Source: Stegostoma tigrinum (lineage: Eukaryota). Taken from it: DNA of 64,000 bases. The first letter of the stretch is position 1; every line of letters begins with the position of its first letter. A program made the translations under genes and the position numbers. A model generated the notes under the pieces. That model did not search any database. It was given only the letters and a program-made list of their open reading frames with translations, and was not told the DNA's origin. The stretch is from NCBI RefSeq assembly GCF_030684315.1, contig NC_081388.1, forward strand, positions 21,993,015-22,057,014, written 5' to 3'. This document shows, piece by piece, positions 26,584-37,430 of this stretch.

Positions 26584-28833
26584 GAGCATTTTGATGATAG
26601 TGACCATAACTGCCTCACATTCTACATAGCTATGGAGAAGGAGAGGATTAGGCAGAATGGGAGGATATTTAATTGGGGAAGAGGAAACTATGATGCGATT
26701 AGACATGAGTTAGGAAGCATGGACTGGGAGCAGTTGTTCCATGGTAAGGGAACTATAGACATGTGGAGACGGTTTAAGGAACAGTTGTTGGGAGTGATGA
26801 GTAAATATGTCCCTCTGAGACAGGCAAGAAGGGGTAAGATAAAGGAACCTTGGATGACGAGAGCGGTGGAGCTTCTTGTGAAAAGGAAGAAGGTAGCTTA
26901 CATAAGGTGGAGGAAGCTAGGGTCAAGTTCAGCTAGAGAGGATTACATGCAGGCAAGGAAGGAGCTCAAAAATGGTCTGAGGAGAGCCAGGAGGGGCCAC
27001 GAGAAAGGCTTGGCAGAAGGAATCCGGGAAAACACAAAGGCATTTTACACTTACGTGAGGAATAAGAGAATGGTCAAAGAAAGAGTAGGGCCGATCAGGG
27101 ATAGCATAGGGAACTTGTGTGTGGAGCCTGAGGAGGTAGGGAAGCCCTAAATGAGTTTTTTGCTTCTGTCTTTACGAAAGAAACCAACTTTGTAGTGAAT
27201 GAAACCTTTGAAGAGCAGGTGTGCATGCTGGAATGGATAGAGATAGAGGAAGCTGATGTGCTGAAAATTTTGTCAAACATTAAGATTGACAAGTCGCCAG
27301 GCCCGGATCAGATTTGTCCTCGGCTGCTTTGGGAAGCGAGAAATGCAATTGCTTCGCCACTTGCGAAGATCTTTGCATCCTCGCTCTCCACTGGAGTCGT
27401 ACCTGAGGACTGGAGAGAGGCAAATGTAATTCCTCTCTTCAAGAAAGGAAATAGAGAAATCCCCGGCAATTATAGACCGGTAAGTCTCACGTCGGTCGTC
27501 TGCAAGGTGTTAGAAAGGATTCTGAGGGATAAGATTTATGACCATCTGGAAGAGCATGGCTTGATCAAATACAGTCAACACGGCTTTGTGAGGGGTAGGT
27601 CATGTCTTACAAACCTTATCGAGTTTTTTGAGGATGTGACTAGAAAGGTTGATGAGGGTCGAGCTGTGGATGTGGTGTATATGGACTTCAGTAAGGCATT
27701 TGATAAGGTTCCCCATGGTAGGCTCATTCAGAAGGTCAGGAGGAATGGGATACAGGGGAACTTAGCTGCTTGGATACAGAATTGGCTGGCCAACAGAAGA
27801 CAGCGAGTGGTAGTACAAGGAAAATATTCTGCCTGGAAGTCAGTGGTGAGTGGAGTTCCACAGGGCTCTGTCCTTGGGCCTCTACTGTTTGTAATTTTTA
27901 TTAATGACTTGGACGAGGGAATTGAAGGATGGGTCAGCAAGTTTGCAGACGACACAAAGGTTGGAGGTGTCGTTGACAGTGTAGAGGGCTGTTGTAGGCT
28001 GCAGCGGGACATTGACAGGATGCAGAGATGGGCTGAGAGGTGGCAGATGGAGTTCAACCTGGATAAATGCGAGGTGATGCATTTTGGAAGGTCGAATTTG
28101 AAAGCTGAGTACAGGATTAAGGATAGGATTCTTGGCAGCGTGGAGGAACAGAGGGATCTTGGTGTGCAGATACATAGATCCCTTAAAATGGCCACCCAAG
28201 TGGACAGGGTTGTTAAGAAAGCATATGGTGTTTTGGCTTTCATTAACAGGGGGATTGAGTTTAAGAGTCGTGAGATCTTGTTGCAGCTCTATAAAACTTT
28301 GGTTAGACCGCACTTGGAATACTGCGTCCAGTTCTGGGTGCCCTATTATAGGAAAGATGTGGATGCTTTGGAGAGGGTTCAGAGGAGGTTTACCAGGATG
28401 CTGCCTGGACTGGAGGGCTTATCTTATGAAGAGAGGTTGACTGAGCTCGGTCTCTTTTCATTGGAGAAAAGGAGGAGGAGAGGGGATCTAATTGAGGTAT
28501 ACAAGATAATGAGAGGCATAGATAGAGTTGATAGCCAGAGACTATTTCCCAGGGCAGAAATGGCTAGCACGAGGGGTCATAGTTTTAAGCTGGTTGGTGG
28601 AAAGTATCGAGGGGATGTCAGAGGCAGGTTCTTTACGCAGAGAGTTGTGAGAGCATGGAATGCGTTGCCAGCAGCAGTTGTGGAAGCAAGGTCATTGGGG
28701 TCATTTAAGAGACTGCTGGACATGTATATGGTCACTGAAATTTGAGGGTGCATACATGAGGATCAATGGTCGGCACAACATTGTGGGCTGAAGGGCCTGT
28801 TCTGTGTTGTACTGTTCTATGTTCTATGTTCTA
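26584..28833 (+). mobile_element. Young 5'-truncated CR1 LINE (end of APE endonuclease, RT, 3'UTR and tail)
   Basis: Starts at EHFDDSDHN (end of the endonuclease domain). ORFs 26632-27150 and 27195-28745 are joined by one 1-bp frameshift. It has RT motifs and ends in a (GTTCTAT)n tail. Confidence 0.96.
27195..28745 (+). CDS. CR1 ORF2 reverse transcriptase region (open frame within a truncated element)
   Basis: 516-aa frame with KSPGPD, NYRPVSLTS, QHGF, YMDFSKAFDKVPH, SGVPQGSVLGPLLF, KFADDTK and RPHLEYCVQFW. It is not an autonomous gene. Confidence 0.9.
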   Translation: MNETFEEQVCMLEWIEIEEADVLKILSNIKIDKSPGPDQICPRLLWEARNAIASPLAKIFASSLSTGVVPEDWREANVIPLFKKGNREIPGNYRPVSLTSVVCKVLERILRDKIYDHLEEHGLIKYSQHGFVRGRSCLTNLIEFFEDVTRKVDEGRAVDVVYMDFSKAFDKVPHGRLIQKVRRNGIQGNLAAWIQNWLANRRQRVVVQGKYSAWKSVVSGVPQGSVLGPLLFVIFINDLDEGIEGWVSKFADDTKVGGVVDSVEGCCRLQRDIDRMQRWAERWQMEFNLDKCEVMHFGRSNLKAEYRIKDRILGSVEEQRDLGVQIHRSLKMATQVDRVVKKAYGVLAFINRGIEFKSREILLQLYKTLVRPHLEYCVQFWVPYYRKDVDALERVQRRFTRMLPGLEGLSYEERLTELGLFSLEKRRRRGDLIEVYKIMRGIDRVDSQRLFPRAEMASTRGHSFKLVGGKYRGDVRGRFFTQRVVRAWNALPAAVVEARSLGSFKRLLDMYMVTEI

Positions 28834-31464
28834 AAACTGACATTTGACCAGCTCATTCACACTCAAAGCTAGCAAGCCAGACACTGGGCAAACCCATCTT
28901 CTAAATTTGCCATGCATCCTTGAAAGAAGAGTCTGCTCTTAATATTTAGTTAGATTAGAGGTTTAACATGTAGGGAATCATGATTAGAGGTTTACGGACT
29001 GCCTTCATGATTCAATTGATCAAGATTTTTCACAACCAGTTCATCTTGTAATACATTTTAATTCACCTTCCCAGATTCATTGCATCTCCCTCAGCAATAT
29101 ATCATCCTGAATGCTGCAATAGGGCAACTTGTTTCTGGACATTTATCAATTATGAAACCATGTGTTATTACAAGTGCAGAGACACATATCACTCTCACTT
29201 TGTGGAATACACAATTCCCTTCCATTCTCTGTTCTAACATTGGGAAGCACAACCTGCATCTTATTCCTCGCAAATCTAATATTTTAGTTCAGAGTTCTAT
29301 GAACATTAATATAATCAAATGCAGATACTTAATTGGTCTTAAAGGACATAAAATTAAAAATTAAATTAAAGTGTCTTAATTGTGTGAAGTAGATGCTTGT
29401 TACAATGAAATGCTTGCAATGGGAAAATGCATCTTCTATATACATTCAGCTCTGCATGTTGTACTTTTACACAACAGATCCAAGCTTGGAGAAAAACAAA
29501 TTGATTAAAACTCAAGTGGTAAGATTATGCTTTGAAATATCTGAATTAACGTTTGACTCCTTTTTGTGTTAGGAATTGCAAGTCTTGTAGTGTCTTGGCT
29601 AATTCAGTAATAGCGAGAAACTAACAGCCCACTTTCTTCATAGATTACTTCAATACAGAAATGTTTTTAAACAACCACAGTTCTTAGAGTAGTGATTATA
29701 TCTTCATATTCATTTTTGGGAGATCAAGATCTCTTTCAAAATGTCTGCTTTCTAGTTTGATTGATTTGCAATCATTTATACTATTTCTGAAAGAAACAAA
29801 AAAATCATTTCTTTTCAAATTTGAGACAAGAATAATAATGAACTCGTTTATCTTTTACAGAACTCAAACCTACATTACTAATATGCCTTTAAGTTGTAAA
29901 AATTACCACAACAGACTACCCAGTCAATCTTGTCTGGACAACATGTTTTGGAAATAATCTAATAATGAGCGAAGCTGTAAGCTTGAATTTACCAAATTAG
30001 AGTATGGTGATTTGGAACACTTACCATATTTTGAATATCTCAGCTGTACATCATGAGGGGATCAAGAGAGAATGACTCTCACTCTTGGCCACTCTCGGGC
30101 AACTTATTAACAATGATTATTGACGTATGTCTAGATCTGGCGGATGCTTGGCTACAGATGATGCTTCAACTGAATGGAATAAATTGATCAATAACTCATG
30201 TTTGAGAGATAAGTTTGACTAACAATGAGAGATTCAACAATAAATTCTTAGAACAGAGTTCCAAGTTTAGTTATTAATATCGTCAACAATACTCCAAGAG
30301 AGTAAGTTTTCCCTGTTCTCTACTTCATGGGAAAAGAGGAAAGTTAAGTCTTGGAAGAAGGTAGCTTTTAAATTTTAAATAAAAGAAACATACTGGAAAT
30401 AAGAAATAAAAACTGAAAATGCTGCAGAGGCTCAGTAAGTCTGGCAGCATCAGTGAAGGGAGAAACAGCGTTAATGTTCTTTTTTGGAATTCTATTTATA
30501 TATAGATTAGTTGTAACATTTGTATCAAGGGAGCCATGATTTTCAAATAAGAGACAGAAAGATCGTAGGAAAGCAACAATTGAATACATAAAAGCTTTAA
30601 AACCATAAAATACATAACAAATACAAATTTTGCCTTGGATATTTCAGAATTACTGCTATAATAGTTTCAAATTAACAACAACCAAATTCCTTGTCACGGA
30701 CCATTCATTACAAGAGAAATTGAGATCTAATTTTATATTGCCACATTTTTAGAACGAGGGTGCAGCTGTCTTCTAATATTCCACACAATACAGAAGATTT
30801 GTAAATAGTTGTACATTAAAAAGGTTTTAATGCTCAGATTAGTTTTGATTTCAGTTTAATTTATTTTGAAATCAGAACAACTATTGAGTTCTTAGTTGTT
30901 GTAAGCCAAGGACTATTCTGAAATGCAATGCTCAAAATACACAGGGGTTTCAGGCAAAAGTCTCCAAAACACCTGAGAAAATTCACTCATAGGTGTGACC
31001 AAAAAAAGAGAAATGTTTCCCCTCTGGTTAAATGTTTAAGAGCTGCTCCTGGAAGTACAGACTGGATCCCTCCCATATTTGCATCTGACAGGCTGGCAGG
31101 AGAGCCTATCAGCGACAAACGTGGCAGAAAACTAGTCACTGATTGGAGGAGCAGCAAAAGCAAATGCTGACTTTTGTTTTATTTGTAAAAGTTTGTACAA
31201 GTTATTTTGAGATAAAACTTTGCTAACTTGTTGTCTTCTACCAAATTTAAATGCTAAGAAGTTGAGGAAATGAGTGCTTTCCTTCAGTGTTGTGACTTTA
31301 TATTTAGTAGAATTAATAATTATTGCGAATATTGATAAATTCTGCTTCTGTGAAAGTCCAAATACCCCATATAGCGAATCAAATTACAACATCACCTCAT
31401 AAATGAGGTGGTGAGAATGAAAAAGTAGTCAGTGAAAAGATCAAAAGAAACCCTCGATAAAGGA

Positions 31465-32856
31465 ATATTATTTTGACAAAGTGTGAAGCTGGATGAACAC
31501 AGCAGCCAAGCAGCGTCTCAGGAGCACAAAAGCTGACGTTTCGGGACTAGACCCTTCATCAGAGAGGAGGATGGGGAGAAGGTTCTGAAATAAATAGGGA
31601 GAGAGGGGGAGGCAGACTGAAGATGGAGAGAAGATAGATGGAGAGGAGAGTATAGGTGGGGAAGTAGGGAGGGGATAGGTCAGTCCAGGGAGGACGGACA
31701 GGACAACGAGGCGGGATGAGGTTAGTAGGTAGGAAATGGAGGTACAGCTTGAGGTGGGAGGAAGAGATAGGTGAGAGGAAGAACAGGTTAGGGAGGCGGG
31801 GACAGGCTGGGCTGGTTTTGGGATGCAGTGGGGGGGGAGGGGACGAGCTGGGCTGGTTTCGGGATGCAGTGGGGGGAGGGGAGATTTTGAAGCTTGTGAA
31901 GTACACATGGGAACCCTGCAGCCCAATGGTATCAAAGCGGAATATGAGTTGCTGTTCCTGCAACCTTCGGGTGGCATCATTGTGGCACTGTAGAAGGCCC
32001 ATGATGGACATGTCGTCTGAGGAATGGGAGGGGGAGTGGAAATGGTTCATGACTGAGAGGTGCAGTTGTTTATTGCGAACCGAGCGGAGGTGTTCTGCAA
32101 AGCGGTCCCCAAGCCTTCGCCTGGTTTCCCCAATGTAGAGGAAGCCACACTGGGTACACCACTGCACAATAAACAACTGCACCTCCCAGTCGCGAACCAT
32201 TTTAACTCCCGTTCCCATTCCTTAGACGACATGTCCATCATGGGCCTCCTGCAGTGCCACAATGATGCCACCCGAAGGTTGCAGGAACAGCAACTCATTT
32301 TCCGCTTGGGAACCCTGCAGCCCAATGGTATCAATGTGGACTTCACAAGCTTCAAAATCTCCCCTTCCCCCACCGCATCCCAAAACCAGCCCAGCTCGTC
32401 CCCTCCCCCCACTGCTTCACAAAACCAGCCCAGCTCGTCCCCTCCCCCCACTGCTTCACAAAACCAGCCCAGCTTGTCCCCACCTCCCTAACCTGTTCTT
32501 CCTCTCAACTATCCCCTCCTCCCACCTCAAGCCGCACCTCCACTTCCTACTTACTAACCTCATCCCGCCTCCTTGACCTGTCCGTCCTCCCTGGACAGAC
32601 CTATCCCCTCCCCACCTAAACTCTCCTCTCCACCTATCTTCTTTTCTCTCCATCTTCAGTCTGCCTCCCCCTCTCTCCCTATTTATTTCAGAACCCTCTC
32701 CCCATCCCCATCTCTGATGAAGGTTCTAGGCCCAAAACGTCAGCTTTTGTGCTCCAGAGATGCTGCTTGGCCTGCTGTGTTCATCCAGCTTCACACTTTA
32801 TTATCTTGGATTCTCCAGCATCTGCAGTCCCCATTATCTCTGATATTATTTTGACA
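31465..32856. mobile_element. Penelope-like element: inverted (fold-back) pair of GIY-YIG-plus-3' arms with a 14-bp flanking direct repeat
   Basis: The minus arm (about 31476-32160) encodes CTQCGFLYIGETRRRLGDRFAEH...RRLQEQQLIFR. The plus arm (about 32164-32842) is its inverse. ATATTATTTTGACA occurs at 31465-31478 and 32843-32856. Confidence 0.93.
31535..31562 (-). ncRNA. Minimal hammerhead ribozyme core in a PLE arm (sense to the CACNA1A pre-mRNA)
   Basis: Minus strand reads CTGATGA-A-GGG-TCTAGT-CCC-GAAAC-GTC: CUGAUGA box, helix II, GAAA box and GUC cleavage triplet with a palindromic ACGT helix III, as known for PLE-associated minimal hammerheads. Activity is untested. Confidence 0.7.
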
Positions 32857-33289
32857 CCTACACCATTGCCAAAACTGAAGTTACATGCAGTAAATCTTAA
32901 TCTAACTCAAGACCATCATATCTGCTAGTTATAGCACTGTAAATCCTGAAACTTCTGGTAACATTGCTTTACAATTTATTTGGTGTCTTTGACATTTACC
33001 TAAAATAATTGACAGCATATGTTTGCAAAATTTTTAGTATAGTCACATATGTGACACTAACCACGTAACTAGTAAGTGGTTCCAATATTTCCTGGTTTCA
33101 ACTTAAATCTCCAGCATCATTAGTATTTATTTTCATATGATTACCTGGCAGTAAAGAACTTGTCTTTTTTTTCCAGGAATATCCATGTTTCCGATGCTTT
33201 CTGTCTTGCATCAATAAGACAGACACGAGAATACAAACGTTTAAATGGGCAACAGCACCATCAGACAAGTTGAATGAGTGAGCAAATGC

Positions 33290-34635
33290 ACAGCACATGA
33301 AATATAATGTGGATAAATGTGAGATTATCATAGCAAGAGGATTTGAGTACAGGAACAGGGTTGTCTTGCTGCACTTGTAGAGGAGGACTTGGTAAGACCA
33401 CCTGGGCAGCTCTGTACAGTTTTGCTCTCTGCCTGAAAAAGGATGTTCTGGCTATTAAGGGAGTGCAACAAAGGTTGGAATGGCAGAACTGATGTATGAA
33501 GCTCTGTTAGGAAAGGCAAGTCAAGGCAGGGCTTACACACTTAATAGTAAGGTCCTGGGGAGCGTTGCTTAAAAAAAAAGAGACTTTGGTGAGCAGGTTC
33601 ATAGTTCCTTAAAAGTGGAGTCCCAGGTAGACAGAATAGGAGGAAGGTGTTTGGTATGCTTTCCTTTTTTGGTCAATGCACTGAGTATAGGAGTCGGGAG
33701 GTCATGTTGCAGATGTACAGAACATTGCTTAGGGCACTTTTGGAATAGTGCATGCAGTTCTGGTCTCCCTGCTATAGGAAGGATATTGTGAAACCTGAAA
33801 GGTTTCAGAAAAGACTTACAACGATGCCGTTGGGGTTTTGGAGATTTTGAGCTATACGGAGAGGCTGAATAGGCTGGGGCTATCTTTCCCAAGGCATTGG
33901 AGGCTGAGCGGTGGCCTCATATAGGTTTATAAAATCATGAGGGGCATCGATAGGGTGAATAGACAAGGTCTTTTCCCTGGGGTGGAGGGGTTTCAAAACT
34001 AGAGAGCATAGGTTTAAGGTGAGAGGGAAAAGATTTAAAAGGGATCTGAGGGGCAATCTTGTCATGCACAGGATGGTGTGTGTACGGAATGAGCTGCCAA
34101 AGAAAGTTGTGGAGGCTGGTACAATTGCAACATTTCAAAGGCATCAGAATGGGTATATGAGCCAAATACTGACAAATGGAAATAGATTAATTTAGGATAT
34201 CTGGTCTGCATAAACAAGTTGGACCAAATGGTCTGTTTCCTTGCTGTACTACCCTATGACTCTGAGTACATTCACTTGAGTTTAAAAGAACAAGGGAGAT
34301 CTTATAGAAACCTATAAAATTCTAACAGAACTAAACCGGGTAAACACAGAAAGCATGTTCCCAATGACTAGTGAGTCCAGAGCCAGGGATCACAGTCAGT
34401 GGTTATGGATTAGGAGAATCTTTTTAAAGCAGAGTGTAGCGAGCTTGTGGAATTTCTGCCACAGAAAGCAGTTGAGAGCAAAGCATTGAATGTTATCAAG
34501 AAAGAGACAGATAAAATTCCTAGCGCCAAAGGGTGTGTGGCAAAAGCAGGAACAGGTACTGAGTATGATGATCAGCCATAATCCAAGTGAATGGTGGAGC
34601 AGGCTCCAAGGGCTGAATGGCCTATTTTCTATGTT
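33290..34635 (+). mobile_element. Nested old CR1 fragments (at least two subfamilies)
   Basis: A CR1 3' end (33500-34265) is inserted in another CR1 3' end (33290-33500 and 34265-34635). CR1 ORF2 C-terminal motifs and 3'UTRs are recognisable. Confidence 0.8.
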
Positions 34636-35168
34636 TGAACAGAGAGGCTGAATAGGCCAGGACTATCTTCATACTGCATGAAAGGCAACATGTTGATCAG
34701 CTGGGCAAGTGAACTGGTTTGTCAAGACATTACCATATGGAATACACCAAAATAAGGTTACCCCATAGCTTTTGAATGAGTTAGAGTTAAAAAAAAGAGG
34801 CAAATCAGCTCTCACTATTTTAGACGAGTCCTAAGAATGTCACCAAGCTTTTGTTTGATTGAAAAGTTGATAATGCCTCGATAGACTCCTTTTGCCTGCA
34901 GAGGATCAGGTTCTGCATGTGAATAGCAGCTTTTGACAAGTGTGAATTAGCCATAATATTTTGGTTCAAGTTTCAGTGCTTAAATGAACCAGTTAATTTC
35001 TTACTGGGAGCAAATTCTGGATCTGAAAGGTGTACAGTCCACATTTTGAAAGAATGTGCATCATTCAGATCCATAGTCATTTGCCTGATCGATCACTAAT
35101 CCTATTTAAGAAATTCTCTAACAGGGTAAAATGGTATCACAACAGACTGCTGCGTGCAGTCAACCGAT

Positions 35169-35262
35169 TTCAGCACCACCAACAGCTCCCACGGGTTCAG
35201 CAAATTTCAGAACAATGGACAGAAAATTCTTATGTACAGTTTTTAGTACTATGGACAAAGTA
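35169..35262 (+). promoter_or_regulatory. Cluster of three RE1/NRSE-like (REST-binding) motifs
   Basis: TTCAGCACCACCAACAGCTCC (35169), TTCAGAACAATGGACAGAAAA (35206) and TTTAGTACTATGGACAAAGTA (35242), compared with consensus TTCAGCACCACGGACAGCGCC. All are in the same orientation with starts 37 and 36 bp apart, in sequence with no recognisable repeat. Confidence 0.5.
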
Positions 35263-36744
35263 AAGTTGACTGTATGCTACCTACCAAGCAGACAGCTAGT
35301 ATCTCCAGAAAGAGCAAGTGCTTAGACATTTGGTGAGTGAGGGAATTTTAAGGATCATCACTTTCTAAAATCTAGTATAATCTGTATTTAGCATTTAACT
35401 ACAAATTACTATAAAATTTAAGTTCCTTCCAGTCTTTGAAACAAAAAAGCTGGAGAGTCAGCTACAGTCAGTTTAAAAGCTAGTCAGAACTAGTTTCTTC
35501 AGCCAGCAGTGCCTGACTCATTTCTAGTATTTCAGATGGTATAAATATACATGGTTTTGCTAAGCACACAAAGTAAGCGAGCATCAAGATAGCAGCTTGA
35601 GATACTGTACAGTGTACGGTGTAAACTGGGAATTTGATACAATGCTGCCTAACCTTTAACGAAAATAAAGTGCTTTAAGAGAGGATGCCAGAATGTAGAC
35701 ATTGAATCTGAAAACTAAAGCCTATTTAGGTCAGCAGACATGGTGTTGTTAGTTGGCGAGTTTTAACTTTTATTTTCTGATTTGTCTAAAAGGGGGCAGT
35801 CATTTAAACTGGTACTGAGGTGACATAGGTGTTGTATTAAATTTATAGATAAGCCAGTTAATAGCACTTGATAAAATACAGATTATAATCAAGTGATATT
35901 TTTAACTTAAATCAGTTAAATAAAACAATTTTTTAAAAAATCAGGGCAGCTGATATGTTGTAGCTGTAGCACAGGGGAGTTGGTGTACATCTGAGCAATG
36001 CACTGCAACCACATCTACAATAATTACCTGTAATGTGAAGAACTTTGGATCACTGTTGACATTCTGCAATTCAAGCTTCTGAAGGAATGATGAGGGGAGG
36101 GGAATGTTATCTCAACAGTTTGTTTCAAGAGGCTGTCATACTCTTTTGATCAGATTTGATATATGTAGCCTGTGGTCAGCTTCATGGGAATTTGGCTGCA
36201 AGTGAGGCAGGTATAGGGATCCAAAAGGTTGCACTGGAGGAGCCTAAGCCCTAAGAGAGTTGAATGTGCAGCCCACAGATTACTGTGAAACAAATGGATT
36301 CTGATTCATTTGGATGGGGAAAAAAAAGTGAGGCTATACTATGGGAGTGCCTGGCTGAGTTAGGACTACTGTCCTGGCACATTGAGGCTGTAGAGAGGAA
36401 AACAAATTATATAGTTGGGGGGAGATGTGGATTTTTTTTTGTAAAGAGAAAGAAAAGGCATTAGCATAAAGAAATAACAAAGTGCGATGGGAAGGAGCAG
36501 AGATTACAAGCATAAATGTGTACCAGAAAGTAAGGTCAGAGTAGCCAAAACAGTTTTTTTTAAGAAAAGGCAGAATCAAAGGAATTAAACATATGTATCA
36601 CTCAGTTAAATGCACTGAAAGTAAAAGAGAAAAATTCTTACAATAGCTATATCAGAAGCATGGTTACGGGAGGTCAAAGCTGGTACATAAAATTTCAGAA
36701 AAACAAGAAAAAAGAAAGGTGGTGAGTCTGTGTTTTCATAAAAT

Positions 36745-37430
36745 TTATTCATGGGATATGGGCATTGCTGATTAGGCCAGCACTTATTACTTGACCTCAT
36801 TGCCCAAATGATAGTGGAGAGTCTTCCACATCGGTGGGTCCGGAGTCAGGCCTCCTTAGAAGTACTTTAGTTAACCAGATGGGTTTTTAATGGCTATCAA
36901 TGGTGATTAAATGGTCACCATTTGGCCAGCTTTTTAATGATAGTGAAATTTTGAATTCAACAAGGAAAAAAATCTACCTGTCATTGTGGGACTCAAACCC
37001 GTAACCTCAGAATATTAGATTGAGGATCTGAATTACTAGGCCAGTGACACCACCTCCCCCATAGTGATAATGTCACTGGACTAGAAATCCAGAACCTCAG
37101 AGCGATGTTCTGGGCATGGGTTCAAATTCTGCAATGGTAACAGGTGAAAATTCAATTCTATAACAAACTGGAATGTAAAAACTAGCCTAATAGGAAGCAT
37201 GTAATAACTGTCAACTAACATAAATTCTCATCTAGTTCACTAATGTTCTACGGGGAAGCAAATACTTTATCCTTAACTGGTCTGGCCTACATGGGACTTC
37301 AAGCACACAGTTATGTGTTTGGCTCTTAACTATCCCCTGAAATGGTCTAGTAAGCCACTCGCGTTAGGGCAATTAGGCATGAGCAATAAATACTGAGCTA
37401 GCCACTGACACCAATATCCCATGACCAATA
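36745..37430. mobile_element. Head-to-head pair of the same tRNA-derived SINE
   Basis: The minus copy at about 36745-37059 directly abuts the plus copy at about 37060-37430. They share the aacccatctggttcactaatg-like and ggcaataaat motifs. Confidence 0.72.
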
